From assembly GCF_006345805.1 (NCBI RefSeq), contig NW_021826249.1, positions 1 through 36,351 of the forward strand: DNA of 36,351 bases, given 5' to 3'. Each line of letters opens with the position of its first letter. The first letter of the stretch is position 1. This DNA is from Octopus sinensis (Eukaryota). Below are positions 1 through 11,869 of the stretch, one piece after another. The notes below the pieces were generated by a model, which ran no database searches, had not been told where the DNA came from, and worked only from the letters and a program-made list of their open reading frames with translations. The translations under genes were made by a program, and so were the position numbers.

Positions 1-1119
1 GAATGACCACGTATCATGTCATACAGGCAGCAAGGCTACAGATGTCTGCGGAGACACCTTGCGAGAGTGGAGGCACATGATATGGGCTTCCGCGATTGTT
101 GATTTGAAGTCGGCATAACTACAGGTGCATGTGGCTGAGAAATTATGGAAGTACCAGCTTGTCAGGTATAAGGGCCGGATGTACTGTCTGACCAGGTTGG
201 GGTTCAGGCTGAATTCAGCGCCAAAGATTATAGCAACAATTCTCAAGGCCATCCTGGGAAAGGTGGACAGAGTAAAAAGGGCCACCAATTCGTACATCGA
301 TGACATTCTGGTGGATGAAACCGTAATGCCAGCAACGGAGGTCATAAGCCACCTGAAGAGTTTGGGACTGATCGCCAAGCCACCAGAGGCAATGGAGGGA
401 GGTGCTGCACTGGGCCTGAAGCTATGGAGAGACAAGGCCGGCGCGTTGGTGTTCCGGCGAGGGAATGAGGTCCCTGAACTGGGCGCCAGCATGAGTAGAC
501 GGGAACTGTTCTCTGTGTGTGGGAAGCTGGTGGGACACTACCCGATTGCAGGTTGGCTCCAGACAGCATGTAGTTTCATCAAGAGATGAGCCGAAGGAGT
601 GAAGTGGAATGATAGAGTGGGGGAGAAGACGATCGACATGATACAGGAAGTCTTGGTCAGAGTAGGAGCAGAGGACCCAGTGAGGGCAGCTGGTATGTTC
701 CCAAATCAAAGAGTGGGATTGTATGGTGTGACGCCAGTAGCATCGCAATAGGGGTTGTCTTAGAAGTGGGGGGTGTCATAGTGGAAGATGCAGCCTGGCT
801 CAGGAAGACAGATGACTGCAATCATATCAATGTGGCGGAGTTGGATGCCATGTTGAAGGGCGTCAACCTAGCCTTGAAGTGGGGGTTGCATACCATAGAA
901 ATCAGGACTGATTCAGCCACTGTACTTGGTTGGGTGACAGCAGTCATCACCAATGAGCGGAGGGTGCAGACCAAAGGGGCTGCAGAGATGCTGGTAAAGC
1001 ATCGATTGGGAATACTGCGTGAACTAACCACTGAGTTCAATCTGAAGCTGAGCGTGATCTTTGTGCCTTCCGATAGGAACAGGGCAGACGTCCTGACCAG
1101 GGTAAAGCGAGCCTGTTTG
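1..1119 (+). mobile_element. Ty3/Gypsy-like LTR retrotransposon pol fragment (RT + RNase H), degenerate and 3'-truncated
   Basis: VDLKSA*LQ, RLGFRLNSAP and YIDD RT motifs; RNase H WCDAS..NVAELDA..IRTDS..NRADVLTR; contains stops and a frameshift; ends before integrase. Confidence 0.9.
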
Positions 1120-1399
1120 TATTTCTTCTTCTCCTTCTGTTGTCCTCTTCATCCGTCACATTACATATACATACAGACACAATATATATATATGTACATA
1201 ATACATAAATATATATGCATGCATGTATGTATGTATGCATGCATGTATGTATGTGAGATAATAGTTTCACTTTAATACTTTTAGTAATAATAGCAAAACT
1301 ATAAAACTGAAAGTATCTCACATAACAATAGAGAGATGTTATTGTTTCACTTCTGACACGTAACACTGAAACGGTATAAGAAATAAAAGATTGCTCTGG

Positions 1400-1556
1400 G
1401 CTCACATTAGGCAAGAAGTTGAAATTTTTTTGGTCCATGACACTGCATGGACCCTAAGTAAGACATGTGTAAAATTTGAATCAAATCAGTTGGGTAGTTC
1501 TTGAGTTGTAGGGATTCACACAGATAGACAGACACACATACTCATCTTTATATTTG
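1400..1556 (-). mobile_element. Helitron-like 5'-terminal fragment
   Basis: Same layout as neighbouring Helitron 5' ends (tataaag, tgtctgtct microsatellite, 'ccaactgatttgattcaaattt'). Confidence 0.45.
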
Positions 1557-1783
1557 TAAACATTAACCAATTTGGCTGGTATTTCTAGAAAGTCCTGCTA
1601 CCACTGAACAGTTATTTGCGAATAGCTGTAATGTGGTAGCAGTGTGTGCTACACTAACCCTAACCAGTGTACACAGTAAAACATCTGATTAAAAACCATC
1701 AAGAATTTGCAAACATTATTGTCGGGCCCCTCGTATCATTAATAATATCTGATACAAGTTACTGCCCCTTGTATCGTCTCGCA

Positions 1784-3011
1784 TCCCTATATATAAAAGG
1801 CAGTTTGCCTGTCTGTCTGTGTGTTTGTCAGGTTGTACCCTCACCCTGACCATGGCTTTCAACCGATTCTGATGAAACTTGACACACACATAGCCCAATG
1901 TCATAATTCAAAACTAACGCAGCGAAAATTTTAAAAAGTTCCCCCAGTTCTGAAAAAATTTGATAGATTCGACATGGGGTCGAGAATCTAAGCTTATCGT
2001 ATGCAACACATTTTCCGTTGTAGTTTTCGCAACTTGCAATCGATTTTCACCAAACTCATGGTGAAGCTTAATGTTACCCTAAGGAACTTAATTCTGACGT
2101 TAGTTTTCCATGCAATACCTTACCATCAGAAAAAAATCGATAAAATCATGCCATTTTGGGAAATCGCGTTCAAATTCAAGATGACATATTTTCGACAATA
2201 TTTATAACAAATTGGCAGGAATTTTTTTTTTGAAATTCACAGCGAGCATCATGTCTGCTCCAAGGAGCTATATGGCCCTTTTGATTCCAATAGGATACGT
2301 TATTACTGGAAAAAAATTGGTTAATTACATCATATGTGGCACACATAGCAAACCGATTTTTCTGCAATATTTTTTGAAAGTTCACATAGATTTTCCCTAC
2401 ACCGATGTTGGACATCAAGTTTGCATTAAATGTCAAACTAACGACCTTTTGTCAATGCAGTTAACAAGTATTGGGAGAAATCGACAAAACCATATCACTT
2501 TGAGACCAACCATGCGAACCCTACAAAACTGACTTTTGTTAAATAGTTGGCGGATTTCACGCACACATGCGCCTTCGTTCCCTAGAGGGAAAGGACTAGA
2601 TCGGGATTAGTCGTTACCTACTAGAGGCTCCTGAGCCCCCTTTCGCTAGACTTAAGTTAGGATTAGGTAGCGCTTAGCTGTGGTCCGAACCCAACTTGGG
2701 TTAGGGGGGGAGTCAAAAGGGCCAGCATGTGCAACCTTATTACCGCTGCCGGTCAAACTCCCAACCCATGCGTTCCCGTTGTGACACTGATCCCACAGAA
2801 CTGGGTTGGGTGTGCTAAACAAAACCAGAAAATGCACTTTGACTGTCATAGATTTTCTTCATGCATGCAAGGGAACAATGCCTAAATGCCTTTTAGGCTT
2901 CATTTTACAAAATAACAGTTCAATGAGTACAAAAAAGGGTAAAAAGGTAAAGGGCATTGCTTATCGACAAAGTTTCTTACATACCCGGGCAACGCCAGGC
3001 TATGCTGTTAG
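1784..3011 (+). mobile_element. Non-autonomous Helitron
   Basis: A|TC 5' end (TCCCTATATATAAAAGG, then a ctgt microsatellite); 3' GC hairpin CCCGGGCAACGCCAGG (2984-2999), then TTAG|T (decayed CTAG). Confidence 0.8.
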
Positions 3012-3021
3012 TTTGTTTATA

Positions 3022-3418
3022 TTAGCGAGTGCCCGTTTTCCGTGTTTTATTTTTTAGTATAAAATATTTAAAAATAGATGAATCTTTGTAATTTTTTGCA
3101 TACTTTGTTTATTTTGGATATATTTCCTATTTTCATAATTTTTTTAGAAATTAGGCGTCATTTTCTTGGAGACGTGCGCTTCTAAAGAAGTGCCAAAAAT
3201 TGTACATATAATGTTGCATAGACATGGTGGGTTCAAATCCTAGGTAAATTGTGAATAGTCTATTTATGTTCAGGGCACGGAATTTCGAGGAAAAAAATTA
3301 TAAAACATGTCCTAGGTCAAAGAGAGCACACATGTCAAATTTGGTGAAATTCGGTTGAAAATTGTAGGAGTAGAAGTGGTTCACACAACATGCAGACAAC
3401 TTGCCTTTTGATATAAGA
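3022..3418 (-). mobile_element. Short non-autonomous Helitron
   Basis: 5' TCTTATATCAAAAGG at 3418; 5' region highly similar to 4760-4967; decayed hairpin plus CTAA|T at the 3' end. Confidence 0.7.
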
Positions 3419-4967
3419 CTAGTAGGTGTACCCGGCGATGCCAGGGACTGTTTCTTAAGTATGCATGGTCAACGCAGTCTCTCATGAAGTAGAGCTGAAG
3501 AAACTGATGTGAGGCAGTGTCATGCGGCTGCAGGAATCAGTTCTATGGTAAATCTGACCCTGCACTTTAAAGGAAGGCAAAATTGCTCATCTCGTATGAT
3601 TTAGCGCCGAAGGAAGTCATTTGGAATGCGCAGTTGTAGGCACGTATCCACTTAAGAAAGTCATGAGAATAAGGAGACGCCCCTGTCAAAAAATCAGTCA
3701 AAAGGGGTGGAAGATCTTGTAGAAGAAGTACTGTAATCCTACAAGTACTGTAATTAGAGCAGCACATGCCGCGAGTTTCTCCAGGCCACTTTTTAGCTCC
3801 ACAAAATTGTCAGATTGTGGACATGCAGCCTATTTGAACAACTGTAGTCAATTGTAGGATCATAGTTGAATACTGTCATTGACCAACGTGAGGAGCATGG
3901 CTTTGAGTATGAACGTTGTGCAGACCTTCGCTGAGTTGTAGCCTCCAGTCATTATTGTCTTTCCCCTGTAGTCTCCGTAGCATGTGCAGCAGCATCTCTT
4001 GTAAGTTGAACTTCACATTGCACTGCAGCTCACATAGCAGCAGTTGAGGAAGCATCTCTTGTAAGTCAAACTGCATGCTGTGCTGCAGTCTCAGCAGCTT
4101 GTGCAGCAGCAGTTGAGGAAGCATCTCTTGTAAGTTGACCTGTGTGTTGTGCTGCAGTCTCTGAAGCTCATGCAGCAGCAGTAGAGAAAGCATTTCTTGT
4201 TCGGCGTGCTGAACATTGCTCGTTGCTCTGGGTGGCTTGTTATGCAGCAATACATGCTAACTGATCACAATGCTGCTCTTTACTTTCCCTTCGTCACGCT
4301 GAAGCCATCCTAAGTGCATTGAGAGAGTTCCTCCTGGCAGATTCATTTGCATGCATACGTTTACTTTTCTTTGCAGCATTTGTTTGCCAACCTATATTGG
4401 ATCTTTTTCATCAAGGCAGGGTGGAGACTAATCAGTTTATGCAATAGAAAAAGTCCTAAGGAAAAAGCAGTGAATGTGTAGCACCCAAAAACTAGTAAAA
4501 TGTAGTTGGCAAAAATGTTAATCAAACAGACTGAATTAAGGATTTTTAATTTTGGGTAAGAGTTTTGAAGTGGCTAGTTAAAGTTGGAATAATTATATGA
4601 AAAAGAGCCCTCACGTGAAAACAGAGGCAAATTGTAACTCGCAAATGAATACTGCTGGCAGTACTGTGCAAGCAGTCGATAAGAGCTCGCCATAGCTGAC
4701 AAAGTAAAGTAATGATTTTTTCCAGCTGGACGTGTGTCACATTTTTTTTGCTGGCTCAAGCCAAATCCTTGGCGAATTGAGAGTAGTCTATTTATGTTAG
4801 GGGTGCAGAAATTCAAGGAAAAAATAATAAGAAAAAGCATCCTAAGTCAAGAGAGCACACATGTCAAATTTGGTGAAATTTGTTTGAAAATTGTAGGAGT
4901 AGAAGTGGTTCACACAACACACACACACACACAGACAGACAGACAACTTGCCTTTTAATATATGAGA
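3419..4967 (-). mobile_element. Internally deleted Helitron with Rep N-terminal coding remnant
   Basis: 5' A|TCTCATATATTAAAAGG; 3' hairpin CCCTGGCATCGCCGGG plus CTAG; encodes FCGAKKWPGETRGMCCSN and FLKWIRAYNCAFQMTSFGA (Helitron N-terminal motifs); imperfect ~55-70-nt tandem repeats at 3980-4200. Confidence 0.88.
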
Positions 4968-4979
4968 TCAAACACATAC

Positions 4980-5125
4980 TGTTTCATAGACATGGTGGGT
5001 TCAAATCTTAGGCAAATTGAGAGAAAAATCGTCCTAAATCAAAGAGAGAACACATGCCAAATTTGGTGAAATTCAGTTGAAAATTGTAGGAGTAGAAGTG
5101 ATTCACACAACACAGACAACTTGTC

Positions 5126-5155
<30 letters not shown>
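4980..5155 (-). mobile_element. Additional Helitron 5'-end fragment of the same family
   Basis: Near copy of 3215-3418 and 4840-4960, ending in (TA)n. Confidence 0.7.
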
Positions 5156-5157
<2 letters not shown>

Positions 5158-5254
5158 GGGAGTTCTGATAAGGAAGCCATGCTAACCGTAAGATAATACA
5201 GTATATATATGTAAATGTCAAAAGATGAAATGAGTGCTCAACGCTGCATTGGTG

Positions 5255-6243
5255 GATATATAATTTCTTTATTTGTGAATAAAGGCTACCATTGGTTTCA
5301 TGGTAAAAAAAAAAGTAGGAAAAATATCCTCGTATCTTTTCAAGCTGACCACGTAGAGAAAGGTGTTCGCTTCCATTTTAGAAAACAGTATCACTTCGTT
5401 CACAGGATTTCTTGTAATCTCGCATAAATAAAACAATGAATCAAGGGACATTACTCTTGAGTGGCATCTTTTATATGTTTGTCTTCTTTGGATGTCTTTT
5501 TATTAAATGTTTTTTTGTGATTAATTTGTTTGCATTATTTTGCGTTATTTGTTTTTGTTCAGAGCATCGTGTTCTTGCATGTTGAGGTAGTTCGTCACTG
5601 AGGCATAGTTCTTCTTTGTGTGCTATGTGCGTTTACGTTTAAGAAAGGGGCTATCCTGTTAGGGTTACCCACGTTTATAGGAGCTCTTTTTTTTTTAATA
5701 TTTGGGTGTAAAATATTGCTTGTGTATGCAGGGAGAGAAGGTTTCATCCCCAATAATTAAGATGTTATCTGTTGATTGTATGATGTTGAATTTTTCAATA
5801 ATACAAAATTTACTATTATCTTGAATATGTGAACCCTGTATTACTGAAAAATTAAACATTATACTACAATCAACAGATAACATCACAAAGAAGAAATATG
5901 CCCCAATGATGAATTACCTGAACATACAAGAACACCATGCCCAGAACAAAAACAAATTATGCAAATTAATCAGAAAAAAAAAAGCCAAAAGATAAATCCA
6001 AGGGACACAAATGTCCAAAAGCTAACACTCAAGAGTAACGTCCCTTGATTCAATGTGTTATTTAGATGAAATTATGAGAAATTCCGTGAACCAAGCAAGG
6101 CTATTTTCCAAAATGGAGGTGAACACCTTTCTCCATGTGATCGGCTTGAAAAATTGTCAAGAGACGAGAATATTTTCCTACTTTTCTTTCCATGAAACCA
6201 ATGGTAGCCTTAATTCACCAATAAAGAAATTATATATATATAG
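5255..6243. repeat. Inverted pair of ~360-bp repeats (5255-5620 / 5884-6243), probably Penelope-like terminal repeats
   Basis: Arms are diverged reverse complements; each carries gc-TTGAAAA...GAAACCAATGGTA-gcc followed by AATAAA. Confidence 0.7.
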
Positions 6244-6290
6244 AATGGTTGTATACTGTCAATCTAACACGAACGTGACAGTACACCACC

Positions 6291-6617
6291 GCAGTTACAA
6301 GGGAATATAAGTTCAGAGGATCATTGTCCTTCATCGGCCTAGAGTAGCAGACACCGGTCGGCTGGTGATATTTGTCTCGACTTCGTAATTGTATATATCT
6401 ATAATTCAGTGAAGTCTATTCACTGATTATCAAAATAAGAAATACTGAATTTCTAAATCTCTCATAGAGACATGTACGGTGGTGGGATCACGTGTTTCAG
6501 GATCATTGTCCTTCATCGGCCTAGAAGTCAAGACAAATATCACCAGCCGACCGGTGTCTGCTACTCTAGGCTGATGAAGGACAATGATCCTCTGAACTTA
6601 TATTCCCTTGTAACTGC
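6291..6617. repeat. 94-bp near-perfect inverted repeat (6291-6384 / 6524-6617)
   Basis: Direct comparison shows only 2 mismatches. Confidence 0.92.
6465..6523 (-). ncRNA. Type I hammerhead ribozyme-like motif
   Basis: Minus strand: tagg CCGATGA agga-caatga-tcct GAAAC acgt-(loop)-acat GTC tcta; stems I, II and III all pair; U4C core variant and one stem III mismatch. Confidence 0.7.
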
Positions 6618-6775
6618 TCCTCCTACAAATAACTCAACCATAATTAGATTTCCAAATGACTTGTATTCAGCAATGTCTTTATTTGCAGATGGTAAAGACT
6701 AACAAGCTGTCATCTTGATATATAAATCAAAAACACTTCACTCCACTCTTGAATTACTTTATTTCTAATATGCTT

Positions 6776-7140
6776 TCACAATGATATTACAAGCATGGTC
6801 CTTTCCCTGGCCCTTTGCATTGTAACTGATCTATATTCTTCCAACTTTGTAGTAGCCCATGTCTCATTTACGTAGAAGAGAGCAGGTAGAATGGTATTAC
6901 TGAAGAGATTGGTATGTAGAGTCTTATTCAGCTTTACTTTGAGTACTCTTTTCTGAAGGTAAATGCCTTCCATCCTGCCCTTATGTTTCTCAAGGATTCA
7001 GCATCCATGTCTCAGCATATATTTACTCTGTCCCAAGTATATGTATTCCTTTACTTCCTTGATGTCAATGCTTCCTACCTCTATTTGGTTTTGTGCTGTG
7101 TTTTCAAATGGCATATATTTTGTTTTCATGCAGTTCATTT
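6776..7140 (-). mobile_element. RTE-type LINE ORF2 3' fragment
   Basis: MNCMKTKYM, IKEVKEYIYLGQ and ILPALFYVNETWATTK motifs. Confidence 0.8.
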
Positions 7141-7227
7141 TAAGGTCTACAAACACACACATAAAAGCAAATATATATAAATCCATATGCATACAAGTGT
7201 TCTAGTGCATGTATAGGTATATTCTTC

Positions 7228-7705
7228 TATCAGGTCATTAAGAATGAAGTGTCCAATTTTCTTATGCCCCAAGTTTGACAGTCATTAACTCTAATATTTT
7301 ATCTTGACAATTCTTTGTTTTACAACATTGAAGAGTTACATCATCACTTTTTGAAATGCAGTTCACAGTGTTTGATTATATTGTGAGTTTTCTCTTGTAA
7401 ATCAATTTTTGTGAACCCATGGACAGATCAAAAATTCATGTTGTTTATGAATATGAGTTCCGTCGTGGAACCAATGCATCCCAGACAGCTCAAAACAGCA
7501 ATTAGATGTTTGGCAAAGATGTGGTGAACGAGCACACTGTATGTCAATGGTTTGAGAAGTTCTGGTCTGGAGACTTTACTCTTGAAAATCATCCCTGTGG
7601 TAGACCTGAGACCAAGGTGGATAATGATGAGCTGGAAACTGTAGGCGAAGCAGGTACATCTCAAACTATGTGTGAGTTAGTAGCAAGGTTTGATGTTTCG
7701 ATTCC
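7228..7705 (+). mobile_element. Mariner 5' fragment (TIR region plus HTH domain)
   Basis: YEFRRGTNASQTA..FGKDVVNEHTVCQWFEKFWSGDFTLENHPCGRP; truncated. Confidence 0.85.
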
Positions 7706-7957
7706 AGAAAACCAGTGTAGGAGTGAAAATGGGCCTATTTAAGCGTAAACAAGCATACTTGCTACAGATTTAAATACTTCATGACAATGAATGAAACAAA
7801 CAAAAAAATAAAAGATATGTGCTATTAGTTATTTTGTTTACGTTTTAATTTTTTTTACCATTGGCTAATCTATTTTTAATGAGCCCAGCCATTGAAGACA
7901 ATATAAATTTCTGTAAACAAGTGAAATCTATATAAATTTAACATGAAAGTAGCTTAC

Positions 7958-8091
7958 CCAATATCAGCCCCAGCCAAGAAACAGCCAGGTTTCCCAGACA
8001 TTAGAACAACACTTTTAATTTGATCATTGCTCCAGATTTCCTCCATGATTCCTACAATCTCACGTTGTAGAGGCTTTGATAAAGTATTTAC
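7958..8091 (-). CDS. HADHA: HADHA coding exon 4, [44 protein letters not shown](G) (enoyl-CoA hydratase domain)
   Basis: 134 nt, tag acceptor and G|gtaagc donor; crotonase-fold FxAGADI motif; resembles human [44 protein letters not shown]. No exon 5 recognised in the window. Confidence 0.96.
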
Positions 8092-9616
8092 CTACAATAT
8101 ATACAGCATATGTACAAAGTTGAATGCTATCATGACCAAAGAAAGACAAGACAAAATAAACAACAGACAAATTTTACATTTGCTTTATATACTAAAACTA
8201 TATCAATATGTATGAATGCATGTATCTATAGTTTTATAAAAATATAAAAATTAGTGAGAGACAGTATTAATGAACAAGAGTGCATTTTACACCAAAAGCA
8301 AATATGATGGATTCTTTCAAAGTAACTACTGCAGTATAGTTTGTTCTAACAGAACAACCACATTTAAGTAGGGGGCTGTATTTTTATGTAAATATATACA
8401 TCAGTGCATGCTTGTAAGTGGGTGTCTACACCAAATTGTAAGTGTATATCTATCAGTGTGCAAGATTCTGACTGAATGTTGTAGAAAATATAAGAAAGAA
8501 TGTTGACGTGTGCAGGAGACACAAACAATGATTACGTGTCTTCCTTTAGCACTTTCAAAAATGGTAATTATGCATGTAATTTTGTAACTTTGAATCTCAC
8601 CATTCTTTTTATTCCTCTGAAGTCAATAAAATAAGCCTGATTAAAACTTAGAAATGTGAAGCACCAAACTAAATACAGATCTTTTCCATTTATATTATTA
8701 CAGATGGTACAAATGTATGAAATAATAACACTGTGCAACATGATTCTTGTCCTTGGATAGCAACTATTATTTCCTACTTGCTTACCCCTATAAAGTATGA
8801 AAAATGGCTGATATTTCCTTCAAATGTTGCTTTTATTACATTTATTCAAACCCTGAAGAATCCCTCTCAACACATGGCTATGATACTCCTCCACTACTAC
8901 TGCTCATGATCAGAGATGCACATATTGTCAGCCACTAAGGGGCATGCTCAAGTGGTTACGGTCAAGCAACTGACAAGCAAATCTGGCATTGAACCAGACA
9001 TTTGATATAATGATATTTATGCTTCAGCAACCCAACACTGAATCTTTCTAAAATGTAGTGGAAAATAATTCAGTTTCAAAACTTGATGTCCAAGTCACAA
9101 AAGTAAAGTATGAAGGGAATAGTAGTCATTTCCTTTGATTTCTAGATAGAAGTAAATAGGAAATAACACTTACTAATCAAAAACAGAAAAAAATTAAGTT
9201 TTGATACAGTGTAATATATAGGGTTTCTAGCATGAACACAAGGCCATGTTTTGTGATGCTTTATTTCAATAATTAAAAATCAAAAAAATGAAAGGCAAAG
9301 TATATTTTGGCAGGATTTGAGCTCACAACATTAAGTGCCAGTACTATATCACAGAAAGTATTTTGTATGCATTCTACTAATTTTGCCAATTTACAGCCCT
9401 TGAAATATTATTTCAGGGACTGTAGATTGCACAAGACCATAAAATATACATGGTTAAATAATCCTTAATAATGTGTGGTACTTCCTAGATGAGACTTAAT
9501 TATTTCAGTGTTCTATTGATTAACAACAACACAGTGAGCTGGCAGAATTGTTAGCACACTGGGCACCCCATATTTCAGGCCTTGTGCCTTTAGTAGAAAG
9601 GATTATTATTATTATT

Positions 9617-9832
9617 AAGGCAACAATCTGGCAGAATTGTTAGCATGCCAGACAAAATGCTTAGCGGTATTTTGTGCACCTTTATGTTCTGAGTTCAAAT
9701 TCCACCAAAGTTGACTTTGCCTTTCATCCTTTTGGGGTTGATAAAATAAGTACCAGTTGAATACTGATTTTGATGTAATCAGCTTACACCCTTCCCCTGA
9801 ACTTGCTAGCCTTGTGCAAAGTTTGAAACTAT
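9617..9832 (+). mobile_element. tRNA-derived SINE-like element
   Basis: A-box-like TGGCAGAATTGTTAGC, B-box-like GAGTTCAAATTCC and (TTA)n tail; related copies at 16284, 22805 and 35595, plus a deleted copy at 9530-9616. Confidence 0.8.
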
Positions 9833-9909
9833 TATTATTATTATTGCTGTTGCTGCGGCGGTGGCAGCAGCAATGATGACGATGACTACTACTACTACTT
9901 CATAGTCAC

Positions 9910-9980
9910 CTTTGAATCTGGAGAGTTCATCTTGACAACTGCAACATCATTTTTCACTTCATAGTTTACATGAACTCGAG
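9910..9980 (-). CDS. HADHA: HADHA coding exon 3, (A)RVHVNYEVKNDVAVVKMNSPDSK
   Basis: 71 nt, ttttttcag acceptor and AAG|gtgact donor; closely resembles vertebrate HADHA [23 protein letters not shown]. Confidence 0.95.
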
Positions 9981-10540
9981 CTGAAAAAAATAAATAAAGG
10001 AAAGATAAGTTTTATTAAATGGAAATATTTCTTATACAGACACAAGTGTTCATATTTATAATTAAAAACATAACTTTCTCAAGTATCCAAGGATTTATAA
10101 AGGAAGTGATGCTGAACCTTGATTTCCATACTGGCACTCTGATAGGAGACATATCAATCTTTGGATAAAATTGTCTATTGCAGGTAACAGGATTTTCTAG
10201 AAAAACCTATTACTTATTATTCTTACCTAGATGAGCGAAAACAACCAGCAGCAGATTTGAAATTATGACCCATAACCATCAAGTCCCAAAACTTATCTTC
10301 TGGCCATTTTATCTTAGATTTGAGGGTAAAGAAAACGAATATTCATGCCTTCATCAAAAGTATTAACAATGTCAGTAAACTTAATTACATCATTGAATTA
10401 ACTGCTAACTTTGACTTCTCGTAGATAGGCACTCAGTTGTAGTGTATTGGCTATTCACTAGTTGTTGTTACAAATACTAATCATTATTTCAAATATGGAT
10501 TGTGCAGCAGCATTGGTGATGCTAACCAAAGAAAAGAATC

Positions 10541-11370
10541 AAGTGTTTTAGTTTGATGTTCAGGAAAAATGGAAGAAATCAGTGACATTTCAAGCCTATG
10601 TTCTTCTACAGAAAGGAAAGAGGAGAGAAAACAGATGAGGAGAAAAAAAATGTTTGGATCAATGGTTGCATTTGTTGACTTGACCGGGAGGATGGAAGTG
10701 GTCAATTTTATAACCACAGAGACATGCCTTACTTACAACACACAGAGAAAAAGGGAAATTACCAATCAATTAGTTTAATCTTAAATATACGAATGTACAC
10801 ACGTATATATACATATGAATGTGTGTATACACACACACACATATACATAAACATATATGGATGCTCGTATTGAACAGTAAGAATAAGTGCTCAACATCAT
10901 ATTAATGGATAAATATTCTTTATTCATGGATTAACAAGGCAACCAATGGTTTCATGCGGAGAGACATCTACAATTATTCAAGTGAGCCATTTGGAAATGG
11001 TACTCATCACCATTTTGGAGAAGAGAACCAAAATGAAAACATGTACCAACATTTACAAGAGGTTTGCTTGAATAATTGTAGAGATCTCCCTCTTTCCACA
11101 AGAACATTGGTCACCTTGTTAACCAACACAGTATACACACACACACATATGTAAGTGTATATTTGTATGCGTGTGTGTGTATGCATATATATATCTGTAT
11201 GTCTTTGACCACTTCCATCCTCCCGGGCAATTCAACAAGTGCAACCATTGATCCAAACATATTTTTTTTCCCTATGTTTTTCCTCTCCTCATTCCTTTCT
11301 GTAGAAGAGCATAAGCTTGAAATGTCAAAGATTTCTTCCATTTTTCCTGAACATCAAACTAAAACACTTT
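10541..11370. repeat. Nested fold-back: outer arms 10541-10704 / 11205-11370, inner arms 10930-10983 / 11065-11125
   Basis: Reverse-complement matches are visible directly and mirrored in the ORF track (MEEISDISSLCSSTER on + / MEEIFDISSLCSSTER on -). Confidence 0.85.
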
Positions 11371-11869
11371 GGTTGTTGTTCCCTTACCTGTCTCTGTCTT
11401 TTTGTATAATCTTGAACCACACACACACATGCATGGTTTGCCACTGCTGCAAATTATATCATCAAGGGAGAGAGAATATCTTCTCAGACAAGTTTCAAGA
11501 TCCTGCATATTTAATTCTTAACTTAGACATCTTTCGATTCTTTTTTTTTTTTACAAAATAAAACCCTTAATTTTTTTGTTTTTCTTGTAGCCTTGGTAAC
11601 CACAAACAGCACTATTTCCCATTTCTTGGTAGTCCTCAGTGCAGTGCAAATCCAGACACAAGTTAATTATGTTATATTCAATACCCACAAACACACACAA
11701 AGAAAATAAGATGGCAGAGGAATAAACAATTACCTTATGAACTTCATTAGCTTACAGCTGTTTCTGCTATAGGATGTAGTGGAGTCATAGTTGAGTGATT
11801 GAGTAACATCATATGTGTGTGTGTGTATAAATACACACACAGAGACATATGTTTCTATACGATTGTATG

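Noticed and set aside
3876-4250. Leu/Gln-rich repetitive ORF as a host gene
   Set aside because: It lies inside a Helitron and is a reading of its N-terminal tandem repeats.
6620-6720. RT-like 'FPNDL..AMSLFAD' peptide
   Set aside because: Possibly a tiny CR1/L2 LINE relic, but too short to support as a feature.
9625-9705. tRNA gene
   Set aside because: A/B-box-like motifs belong to a multi-copy SINE head; no convincing cloverleaf.
10484-11561. Duplicated short ORFs on both strands as paralogous genes
   Set aside because: They arise from the inverted repeat arms, with no recognisable domain or splice support.
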